A stretch of DNA of 32,000 nt from Micrococcus luteus NCTC 2665 (GCF_000023205.1 NC_012803.1:30001-62000), one strand, 5' to 3'. Counted from the first letter of the stretch, positions 16,954 through 24,823 are shown. The notes: a model not told the origin generated them from the sequence alone. Translations and numbers: made by a program.

Positions 16954-18378
16954 AGTAGTGCCCCATAGAGTGGTGTAGCGCACGGTGACTGGGCACGTCG
17001 TTCCGGATGTGGACGCGGCCACCGTGTGATCCTTCGAGTCAACCTTCCACAGAATCCTCGAACGGAGTCATCACGATGACCGCTCCTCATATTGTCGACC
17101 CTGCCGGCCTGCTCGGCGAAGCCCTGTCCGAAGCATCCCCGGATTTGATGCGTTCGTTGCTGCAGACCGTGATCAACTCCCTGCTCTCCGCTGACGCCGA
17201 CGCGGTGGTCGGCGCCGAATGGGGTAAACCCACCCCGGGCCGAGCTACCCAGCGCAACGGGTACCGGCACCGGGACCTGGACACCCGGGTCGGGACCCTG
17301 GACGTGGCGATCCCCAAACTCAGGTCGGGCACGTACTTCCCGGAGTGGCTGCTCGAGCGCCGCAAAAGGGCCGAATCCGCGCTGATCACGGTGGTCGCCG
17401 ACTGCTACCTGGCCGGGGTCTCGACCCGGCGGATGGACAAACTGGTCAAGACCCTCGGGATCAACGCGCTGTCGAAGTCCCAGGTCTCGCGGATGGCCAC
17501 CGAGCTGGACGAGCAGGTCGAGTCCTTCCGTCATCGCCCGCTCGGGGAGGCTGGGCCGTTCACGTTCGTGGCCGCCGACGCGCTGAGCATGAAGGTCCGC
17601 GAGGGCGGCCGGGTGGTCAACGCCGTGGTGCTGCTGGCCACCGGGGTCAATGGTGACGGCCACCGCGAGGTCCTCGGCCTGCGGGTGGCCACCTCGGAGA
17701 CGGGGTCGGCGTGGAACGAGTTCTTCGCCGACCTGGTGGCCCGGGGCCTGACCGGAGTCCGCCTGGTCACTTCCGACGCCCACACCGGGCTCAAGGACGC
17801 CATCGCCGCGAACCTGCCCGGAGCGACCTGGCAGCGGTGCCGGACCCACTACGCGGCGAACCTGATGGGCATCACCCCCAAGTCCATGTGGCCGGCCGTG
17901 AAGGCCATGCTGCACTCGGTGTATGACCAGCCCGACGCCGCCAGCGTGGACGCCCAGTTCGACCGGCTGCTGGACTACGTCAGCGAAAAGCTGCCCGCGG
18001 TGGCCGAACACCTCGATGGTGCCCGGGCGGACATCCTGGCGTTCACCACGTTCCCCAAGGACGTGTGGACCCAGATCTGGTCGAACAACCCGGCCGAACG
18101 GCTCAACCGCGAGATCCGGCGTCGCACCGACGCCGTGGGCATCTTCCCGAACCGGGCAGCGATCGTGCGCCTGGTCGGGGCGGTGCTGGCTGAGCAGACC
18201 GATGAGTGGGCCGAGGGCCGCCGCTACCTCGGCCTCGAGGTGTTGGCCCGCTGCCGCCTCACCACCGTGGACGACACCGGGAACGAGGTGAACGCCGAAC
18301 CGGAAACCACCCTCGAACTCAGCGCCTAACAGCACCAATGGAGGATCAGAGCGTTACACCACTACTCGGGACTTGACC
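16954..18378 (+). mobile_element. IS256-family insertion sequence, copy 3 (1425 bp)
   Basis: The 8-bp target duplication CTGCGGAA lies at 16946-16953 and 18379-18386. The interior is identical to copy 1, but the outermost 17 nt of the left end differ (AGTAGTGCCCCATAGAG versus AGTTGAGTCCCGCATAG). Confidence 0.9.
17076..18329 (+). CDS. IS256-family transposase, 417 aa
   Basis: Identical to 1066..2319. Confidence 0.93.
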   Translation: MTAPHIVDPAGLLGEALSEASPDLMRSLLQTVINSLLSADADAVVGAEWGKPTPGRATQRNGYRHRDLDTRVGTLDVAIPKLRSGTYFPEWLLERRKRAESALITVVADCYLAGVSTRRMDKLVKTLGINALSKSQVSRMATELDEQVESFRHRPLGEAGPFTFVAADALSMKVREGGRVVNAVVLLATGVNGDGHREVLGLRVATSETGSAWNEFFADLVARGLTGVRLVTSDAHTGLKDAIAANLPGATWQRCRTHYAANLMGITPKSMWPAVKAMLHSVYDQPDAASVDAQFDRLLDYVSEKLPAVAEHLDGARADILAFTTFPKDVWTQIWSNNPAERLNREIRRRTDAVGIFPNRAAIVRLVGAVLAEQTDEWAEGRRYLGLEVLARCRLTTVDDTGNEVNAEPETTLELSA

Positions 18379-18389
18379 CTGCGGAACTC

Positions 18390-21200
18390 TCAGTCGCTGG
18401 TGCTCTCGCGTGCAGCTTCGCGAATCTGTGCTGAAGGGTGCTGCGCGGCGATGGTCAGCAGTTGAGAAACGGCTGGCACCTCCGAAGGCGTGTGGAGCCC
18501 GGAAACGACCGCCGCGGCACTCCGCCTTCCGCCAGACTTCAGGACCTTCGACAGGATCGTCGCGACTCCCTCAGATGCGCGCTCGGCAACGACCAACCTG
18601 CTCAGCCCTCTGAGTGCCGCGTCACGTACGGCTTCGGTTGCGTCACCCGCTAGAGCGAGAAGGAGTTCGGACTCTGCCTTGTCTCCGAAACGTTCGATGA
18701 TCCGTGCACTTGCGGCACGGCGAACGGTGTCCCCGCCAAGAAGGTCCCGTATCAACGGTTCGCGCGCGGCCTCATCTGCGAGAGCAGCGAGCGCTTCGGC
18801 GGCGAGGCCTCGGATGTCCTCGTCGTCATCGAAGAAGGTCCGCACTGGCTCTCGGTTCCGAAGCGCTGACACGGCTTCGACAAGTTGTGTCTTGATTGGG
18901 TCGGCAAGCGTCGCTCCATGGATGGCGAGTACCTGCAATGCGCCAGACTGTTGCTGAGGTCGGACCCCGGGAGCCGTCAACAGAGCTTCGATACGATCCC
19001 ACCGCCCACTCGACGGGTGCCAGACACCGAGCAGGGTCATTGCATGGCCGGGGTCGAGACCGCCGACACTGTACGCCCCCTTGGCGGCATCCTCGATGAG
19101 ATTGTCGATGACGCTGCACAGTCGGTCAGTAAGAGCATTGACTGCATCGGAGGGCAGCGTTCGCACGTCGTCGATGGCTTCGAAGACGATCAACTCCCCG
19201 GCCCGGGCTCGTTGAAGGACTTGCTCGCGACTCTCGGCTACTGCAGGAGCAGCGACCCTCAAGAAGGCCTCGCGTAGGTAGGCGGCGTCGCCGTCAGATC
19301 GGTTCGCCGCGCGCTGACGGTCACTCTCACGCCACGCGGATGCGGGGATCGTATGGATCAGCCGGGCGAGTGTCTGCGCGGTTCCGTCGTCGGTGACCGG
19401 GGGCTGGTCGAGGAAGTAGTCGATCACGTTGTGAAGGGCGTCCTCGCTCAACGTCCACACCATGGCCTTCAGCAGATCGATGATCTTGTAGAGCACGATG
19501 AATGTAGGCCGAGCACGTTCCAGGTAGGCCTGTGGCTCTTGGAGCATCGCCAGCGCCCACGCACAGGTTTCGTCGGCGCGCGCTGGTTCGAGAACGTCGC
19601 CGGCGGCCGTCAGCAGTTCGATATCTGCCAAAGCGGTCGTTCGAGTCGATCGAGACAAGTCCACGCTGCTCGCCGCGATCCTGGCGGCCATCGTTGGACC
19701 CGTGCGCACGATGTGTCGAGTCGCGCGCCCAGTGCTCTTGCTGTCACCGGAGAGACGGAGAAGAGTCAGCCGGCCGGCGACCCTGTCGGGATCATCCGTG
19801 GGGCCGGTGGTGACAAGGAAGTGCTCCGCGAGAGCGCCAATTGCGCCACGCCACCCGTCGTGGTCACCAGCGCACGAGGCCAGCAACGCCGCGGAAAGCA
19901 GGCGCTTGTGGGCAGTGTCCGAGCCCCCGATCCGAATCGACGCATCCTCGCTCCATCTCCGGAACTCCTCAGAGAGATGAGCGGATAGCCCATAGGACAT
20001 CACCTGGGTTCTCCACCACGACGCTGGGTTGTCGCTGCGCTGGATGATGTTGGCGATGTCGCCCTGCATCCATCCGCTGGCCCTGAACGACGTCAGCGCA
20101 CACGCGCCCGCGATGGCCGCAGCCGTGACGTCCGACGGTGCCTCTCGATGGATTCGCTGGGTCTTCATCGCGAGGTCGAAAGCCTCCTCGTGTCGTCCGA
20201 CCTCCAGCAGCGCCCGTGCTCGTTGAGCTTCTAGCCATGCGTGATCCACTGAGGAGTAGTCGTCATGTGCCAGGGCGTCCTGAAGCACTTGGAGCGCCGT
20301 ATCGGGATCGTTCTCGTCGAAGTGATAGACGCAGCGGAGCACGGATGCCGCGGAGCGTTCACTCGGCGTGGAAGCTAGGTCGACAAGCTGAAGCAGGTCA
20401 GCGGGTTCTCCCTGGTAGTGCCAGAGATGAAGGGCCGCGGTGGCGCGCCAACACCAGTCATCGGCCTCACGTGCATCGTCGAGTGACAGCCCCTTCCGCT
20501 CGGCGTCATTCTCCCCTGCGAGCGCAGGAAGGCTCATCGGTTCCAGAATCCGTTCAAGGTCGTCCCGGAAGAGCACTTGCATGGCGAGGGCTTCGAGCCC
20601 GGAGATCGAATCTGGGACCAGGTTCGGGTGGGGTGCGATGAGCCGGGGAGTGATGAGGGCATGCCGAACTTCGTCGACCGGTGCAAGATGCACCGCGCCG
20701 GTCCACGCAGTGCCGTCCCAGGTCGGAGTCGGAAGCTGCGTCAGCGCGACGTCGGAGAGTGCTTCGTTGTGGTCCGCGTCAACGGTTTGGGAGGCCGGTA
20801 CAAGAATCTTGGCGCCCTTACCGGTCGAGACGACTCGCGCAGGGGTGACGTGAACCCAGAACGAGAGGTTTCTGTCTTGATCGCGCAGGATCACCACGTG
20901 GGGCAGCGCGTGGCGCAGCCAGTAGTCGAAGTGTTCACGGTCGTCCTCGGCAAACCACCACCCAGTGATCGTGCCCTCGGCGTCCTTCTGCGGGGTCTTG
21001 AAGTAAGACGACCCGGTCTTGACCTGGGCACCCATCACGGCGCCGAGTTCGTACCGGCGGGCATCTCGCGGCCGCAGATATAGATCGGTGCCTGTGTCGT
21101 GCCGGCTATCGATCACCCCTCCCCAGCCCAAGCGCTCGAACTGCGCCAAGACCTCAGACTCACCCGAGGTTCCCGTAGCTTCGTTCTTTGGCGCCCGCAC
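18390..21200 (-). CDS. Large orphan protein, 936 aa: DUF4365-like (PD-(D/E)xK / Mrr-type) N-terminal domain, long helical/TPR-like middle, C-terminal HEAT repeats
   Basis: N-terminus GESEVLAQFERLGWGGVIDSRHDTGTDLYLRPRD...GAQVKTGSSYF...HFDYWLRHALPHVVILRD. C-terminal repeats IRGLAAEALAAL, VRRAASARIIERFGD, VRDAALRGLSRL, IREAARES. I found no P-loop. The GTG start is directly after the TAG of the upstream gene, with GGAGGAGG at 21213-21206. Confidence 0.65.
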   Translation of the reverse strand: MRAPKNEATGTSGESEVLAQFERLGWGGVIDSRHDTGTDLYLRPRDARRYELGAVMGAQVKTGSSYFKTPQKDAEGTITGWWFAEDDREHFDYWLRHALPHVVILRDQDRNLSFWVHVTPARVVSTGKGAKILVPASQTVDADHNEALSDVALTQLPTPTWDGTAWTGAVHLAPVDEVRHALITPRLIAPHPNLVPDSISGLEALAMQVLFRDDLERILEPMSLPALAGENDAERKGLSLDDAREADDWCWRATAALHLWHYQGEPADLLQLVDLASTPSERSAASVLRCVYHFDENDPDTALQVLQDALAHDDYSSVDHAWLEAQRARALLEVGRHEEAFDLAMKTQRIHREAPSDVTAAAIAGACALTSFRASGWMQGDIANIIQRSDNPASWWRTQVMSYGLSAHLSEEFRRWSEDASIRIGGSDTAHKRLLSAALLASCAGDHDGWRGAIGALAEHFLVTTGPTDDPDRVAGRLTLLRLSGDSKSTGRATRHIVRTGPTMAARIAASSVDLSRSTRTTALADIELLTAAGDVLEPARADETCAWALAMLQEPQAYLERARPTFIVLYKIIDLLKAMVWTLSEDALHNVIDYFLDQPPVTDDGTAQTLARLIHTIPASAWRESDRQRAANRSDGDAAYLREAFLRVAAPAVAESREQVLQRARAGELIVFEAIDDVRTLPSDAVNALTDRLCSVIDNLIEDAAKGAYSVGGLDPGHAMTLLGVWHPSSGRWDRIEALLTAPGVRPQQQSGALQVLAIHGATLADPIKTQLVEAVSALRNREPVRTFFDDDEDIRGLAAEALAALADEAAREPLIRDLLGGDTVRRAASARIIERFGDKAESELLLALAGDATEAVRDAALRGLSRLVVAERASEGVATILSKVLKSGGRRSAAAVVSGLHTPSEVPAVSQLLTIAAQHPSAQIREAARESTSD

Positions 21201-22334
21201 CTACGCCTCCTCCGTTGCCTCGTCCGCAACAACGCGAACGTTGCGCATCGCAGAGCCAGTGAATATGAGCGGAATGAACGAGTCTCGAAACGCGATTCCC
21301 GCTGGCCGCCTCGCAGGCCCGCCACCGGGAGGAGTGGTGAGAGGGAACCTCATTCCCACCGGAGCCTTGCCGGAAACATGGTCAGGATGTGGGCCGCCCA
21401 CGGGATAACCGGGATGAGCGGGAGCGCCCAGATAGTCGGGAAGGTCTACCCGTCCTTCGAAGTGTTTCGTGGCCGCGACATGGAACATCGCCCCGTGGGC
21501 CCAGGCGATCATGTAGGCCTCGGCGAGAACGGCAGGGACATCCACCCTCAACTGCGTTAGCTCCAGCCCTTGTCGATGCCCGTCCACCTTGGGTGCCTGT
21601 GCGAGAACTTCGATGACGGGGCGGTCGAAGATGTCCACAGCGTCCGGGCCGGTCAGCACACCAACCGGGATGGTCCCATCTGCGCTGGGCGGAGTGGTGA
21701 CGAATGAGACTTTGAGATCATCACGAGCGCGGACTGAGAGACCGTGCTTGACCTTGTTGTGAGCAGCGTTGAGTTGGAGCTCATGTCCCACGAGTAGGTC
21801 GATAGCGAACTGGAGCCAGTCAGCGAACACGTTGGACGCCGAAGCAAGTCGCTCCGTCATCCCGCTCTGCAAGTCCTGCTCGCGGAGAACCAGACGGACG
21901 AACTGCATCGGGGCCTCCGCCGAGGAGAAGGACTCGCGGAGCTGGCTTACGACCTGATCGAGTTGGTTTCGCCCGGCCGACAGGGCTTCCCAAACGCACG
22001 ATTCGGCGACGTTCGTCCGTTGCGAGAGTGCCGCCGTCAACCGCACAAGCGACTCAGCCGCATGGTGCCGCAGGGCGTACGCGTCCGTGGCGACCTGTGT
22101 GGCAATGGACCTCGGCGAGGTCTCGGGTACGAAGCCCACCGGCCGACCAAGGAGGCGAGCGAACCGCCCACGGGTCTCGATCGCGTGCTGCTGTTCCGCG
22201 GATGCGGCCAGGGGATGCTCATCGCTGTCGACGTCCGACTCTGCCCACCGCAGCATCATGCCGATCCGAGCGCTGAAGTACCCGTACGGATCAGACGACA
22301 AAAAAGTGGCTCTCCTGACTGATCCGTGGGTCAT
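21201..22334 (-). CDS. Hypothetical protein, first gene of the operon with the DUF4365-HEAT gene. Its native 5' end has been displaced by ISL3. The present ORF begins with 9 IS-encoded codons (MTHGSVRRA)
   Basis: High-GC3 frame ...FLSSDPYGYFSARIGMMLRWAESDVDSDEHPL...LNAAHNKVKHGLSVRARDDLKVSF...ADEATEEA*. Native sequence ends at 22307 (the IS begins at 22308). The part of track ORF 21201..22865 above 22334 lies inside the ISL3 transposase gene. Confidence 0.6.
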   Translation of the reverse strand: MTHGSVRRATFLSSDPYGYFSARIGMMLRWAESDVDSDEHPLAASAEQQHAIETRGRFARLLGRPVGFVPETSPRSIATQVATDAYALRHHAAESLVRLTAALSQRTNVAESCVWEALSAGRNQLDQVVSQLRESFSSAEAPMQFVRLVLREQDLQSGMTERLASASNVFADWLQFAIDLLVGHELQLNAAHNKVKHGLSVRARDDLKVSFVTTPPSADGTIPVGVLTGPDAVDIFDRPVIEVLAQAPKVDGHRQGLELTQLRVDVPAVLAEAYMIAWAHGAMFHVAATKHFEGRVDLPDYLGAPAHPGYPVGGPHPDHVSGKAPVGMRFPLTTPPGGGPARRPAGIAFRDSFIPLIFTGSAMRNVRVVADEATEEA

Positions 22335-23704
22335 TTCCGGCCCGGTAGGACGGGTCGGTGGCCGCCGAGGTTGAGCATGGCCAGGGCGATGAGGGCTTCG
22401 GGGGACTTGAAGCCGAAGGCGACGCGGGTGATGAGCCGAATCTTCGTGTTCACGGACTCGATACGTCCGTTGGACAGGCCGTGCTCGATCGCGGCGAGGA
22501 TCGAGGCCTTGTGCTTGACGATGCGGCGTTGGAGCTCGACGAAGGCGGGGATGCGGCAACGTCGGGCCCAGCCGATCCAGCGTTCCAGGGCCGTCTCGGC
22601 CTCGTCGGCGGGTAGCTGGAAGACCAGGCGCAGTCCTTCCTTGAGCAGGTAGGCCCGGTGCAGGCGCGGGTCGGTCTTGGCGACCCAGGCGAGCTTGGCC
22701 TGCTGCCGGGTGGTGAGGTTCTCGGGGTTCTTCCACAGCGCGTACCGGGCGTGCTTGAGCGCCTTGGCGTGCCCGCCGGCCCGCCCGGCCCGGCGCTGCC
22801 GGACCGCGCCACGGGCCTCGTTCCACGCCTGGCGACGGACCTCGTCCAGGGCCTCGGTGGCCCACTTGACGATGTGGAACGGATCAGCGCACCGCACCGC
22901 GTTCGGGCACCGCTCGGCGACCACGGCGGCGATCCAGTCCGCCCCGTCGGCGCTGACGTGGGTGATCTCGGCGCACCGGTCGGGCCCGAGGGCCTCGAAG
23001 AACGCCGCCAGGGTCGCCTTGTCCCGGCCCGGGGCGGCCCAGACGAGCCGGCCGGTGTCGTGGTCGACCACGATCGTGAGGTAGCGGTGGCCCTTCTTGT
23101 AGGAGATCTCATCGATGCCGATCCGTCGCAGGCCGGCGAACCGGTCGCCGAGGGCCTCCACGTCGGCCCAGACCCGGGTGATGATCGCCCCGACGGTGCG
23201 CCAGGCGATGCGCATCAGCTCGGTGACCGCGGACTTGGAGCACTGCGTGGCCAGCCAGGCCACCTGCTCGTCGAACACCACGGTGTGACCGGCCCCGTGC
23301 CTGGCCCACGGGACGGCGGCCACCGTGGGACCGTGCTCGCGGCAGGCCACCCGCGGGGCGTCGGCCTCGAGGTAGACCTGCACCGTGCCCAGATCCAGCG
23401 CCCGCCACCGCCGCCGACCCTCGCCACGGTCGTACCCGGGCGACCTGCGCCCGCACCGCCCGCACCGGCCACGCACTCGAGCCCGGGGACGGACATGAGC
23501 CACCAGGAGCTGGTCGTCCTCATCGAACTCGATGCCCTCCACGACCGTCTTCTCGACGCCCAGCAAGGACCGCCATAGGCTTGCGTTCCGCACGCCGTTC
23601 TCCGCCCTTCAGGTAACTGACCTCAACAGCCAGAAACCTAGGCAGAGAGCGGCGTGCCCTCGTCAACGGCTCGCCAGAACACCCACGGAAGCGTCAGGAG
23701 AGCC
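22308..23704 (-). mobile_element. ISL3-family insertion sequence A (1397 bp)
   Basis: Terminal inverted repeats: GGCTCTCCTGACTGATCCGTGGGT (22308-) and the reverse complement of the other end GGCTCTCCTGACGCTTCCGTGGGT (-23704). The 8-bp target duplication AAAAAAGT lies at 22300-22307 and 23705-23712. Confidence 0.92.
22331..23593 (-). CDS. ISL3-family transposase, 420 aa
   Basis: N-terminal zinc-ribbon CGRCGRRSPGYDRGEGRRRWRALDLG, then ...GIDEISYKKGHRYLTIVVDHDTGRLVW...ADPFHIVKWA...SNGRIESVNTKIRLITRVAFGFKS. Confidence 0.92.
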   Translation of the reverse strand: MRNASLWRSLLGVEKTVVEGIEFDEDDQLLVAHVRPRARVRGRCGRCGRRSPGYDRGEGRRRWRALDLGTVQVYLEADAPRVACREHGPTVAAVPWARHGAGHTVVFDEQVAWLATQCSKSAVTELMRIAWRTVGAIITRVWADVEALGDRFAGLRRIGIDEISYKKGHRYLTIVVDHDTGRLVWAAPGRDKATLAAFFEALGPDRCAEITHVSADGADWIAAVVAERCPNAVRCADPFHIVKWATEALDEVRRQAWNEARGAVRQRRAGRAGGHAKALKHARYALWKNPENLTTRQQAKLAWVAKTDPRLHRAYLLKEGLRLVFQLPADEAETALERWIGWARRCRIPAFVELQRRIVKHKASILAAIEHGLSNGRIESVNTKIRLITRVAFGFKSPEALIALAMLNLGGHRPVLPGRK

Positions 23705-23712
23705 AAAAAAGT

Positions 23713-23772
23713 GTCGTCAAGCTCCTGACACTGCTCGGCCGTCAGGTCCGGCCCGGCTGGTGGCGGGTACAT
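23713..23772 (-). pseudogene. Orphaned native 5' end (20 codons, MYPPPAGPDLTAEQCQELDD) of the gene at 21201..22307
   Basis: Deleting the IS and one duplication copy joins ATG 23772 in frame to ...ACT TTT TTG TCG TCT GAT CCG (TFLSSDP...). An in-frame TGA lies immediately upstream of this ATG. An internal start (ATGATG, MMLRW) remains an alternative. Confidence 0.45.
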
Positions 23773-24038
23773 TCAACAAGCGTATGGTCGCGAAATCGGC
23801 CTGCCCAGTCGCCTCGCCGGGCCACCGGCACGCAGCATGATCCACGCCTCATACGAGAGTAGGGCGGACGACCAGTCGGAGCGCTCCAGGACCGCGACCC
23901 TGGCTGTCCAGCTTCTTCCTTCTGACAGGAATCACCCGTAGACTGCCTGATGAGGCGGATTTCTCCTCTGTAACGCGCCGGTCTCGGCAGACCCTCGGGT
24001 CATTCTTCAACGCACTGCCTCACCAGATGCACTGTGCG

Positions 24039-24449
24039 ATGGAGAGGAACAAGACCATGATCCGTCTGATCTGGACCGTCAGCGTCCACACCCGCTACTT
24101 CCTGCGGCGCTACATGCCCACCAACATCCTGCTGTATGCGATCCGAACCCGCCGACGCGGCTTGAAGTGGGGTATCCCCGCGATGCTGCTCGCAGTCCCG
24201 TAAATCCTGATCGCGAACGCCTGTGTCCAACTCATCGACGACGGCGCCCCCGGATGGCTCCACCTCGCAGTGCTGTGGGCGATCTGGAACATGCTCAAGA
24301 TGCTCTGGATCGGGCCGGTCAGCGCTGTGCTCCTAATCCGCGCCCGTGTCCGCGAGTCCATCACCGCCCGTCGCGAGCGCACCAGCTTGTCTTCCGAAGC
24401 AGACGACGCCGAAGAGCGTGCCGCGGTGGACGCAATAGGTATTCGGTGA
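24039..24449 (+). pseudogene. Small two-TM membrane protein with one in-frame TAA (24201-24203)
   Basis: My translation gives MERNKTMIRLIWTVSVHTRYFLRRYMPTNILLYAIRTRRRGLKWGIPAMLLAVP*ILIANACVQLIDDGAPGWLHLAVLWAIWNMLKMLWIGPVSAVLLIRARVRESITARRERTS...IR*. GC3 is high on both sides of the stop. The stop falls inside a hydrophobic segment. The two halves fall below the length range of ORFs listed in the track, and the second half also lacks an upstream start codon. Confidence 0.55.
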
Positions 24450-24460
24450 AGTGTGAGAAC

Positions 24461-24823
24461 TCAGGCACCGACCCGGCGACGACCGCCGGTACGGATCGTC
24501 CCGCCGCACGCGATCACCGCCGAGCGCACGGCCTCATGGCTGACTCCGAGTCGCGCGGCGACCTGAGCGAGCGTCATCCCACCCGCATAGAGTTGAGCGG
24601 CGTCCTGTCGGATCGCGTCCGGCAACTCCGGGCGACGCGCCGCCAAGCCCGCCTCCCGAGCTATCTCCCGCACAGTGCCGCGGTGCACGTTGAATCGCGT
24701 CGCCAGCTCCCGCACGGGCACACCATCGGCGTAACCGGCGACCAGCTCGGCTCGATTGGAGACGCTCAAACGGGTTTGAGACTGCCGCGAATTCTCACGC
24801 ACCGGACCGCGCTCATCGGTCAT
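24461..24823 (-). CDS. Small helix-turn-helix protein (two HTH-like repeats), 120 aa
   Basis: MTDERGPVRENS...ELVAGYADGVPVRELATRFNVHRGTVREIAREAGL...AAQLYAGGMTLAQVAARLGVSHEAVRSAVIACG. The longer track ORF (to 25156) runs into the IS3 end and reads as non-coding. Confidence 0.6.
   Translation of the reverse strand: MTDERGPVRENSRQSQTRLSVSNRAELVAGYADGVPVRELATRFNVHRGTVREIAREAGLAARRPELPDAIRQDAAQLYAGGMTLAQVAARLGVSHEAVRSAVIACGGTIRTGGRRRVGA

Noticed and set aside
944-18378. The idea that IS256 copies 1 and 3 form a composite transposon that moved the 14.6-kb block as a unit.
   Set aside because: Each copy is flanked by its own matching 8-bp duplication, and the outer flanks (CCACCGAT and CTGCGGAA) do not match each other. 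The copies therefore inserted individually.
22335-22865. The N-terminal extension of track ORF 21201..22865 (554 aa).
   Set aside because: It lies inside the ISL3 transposase gene in a different frame, and the translation is Arg/Pro-rich.
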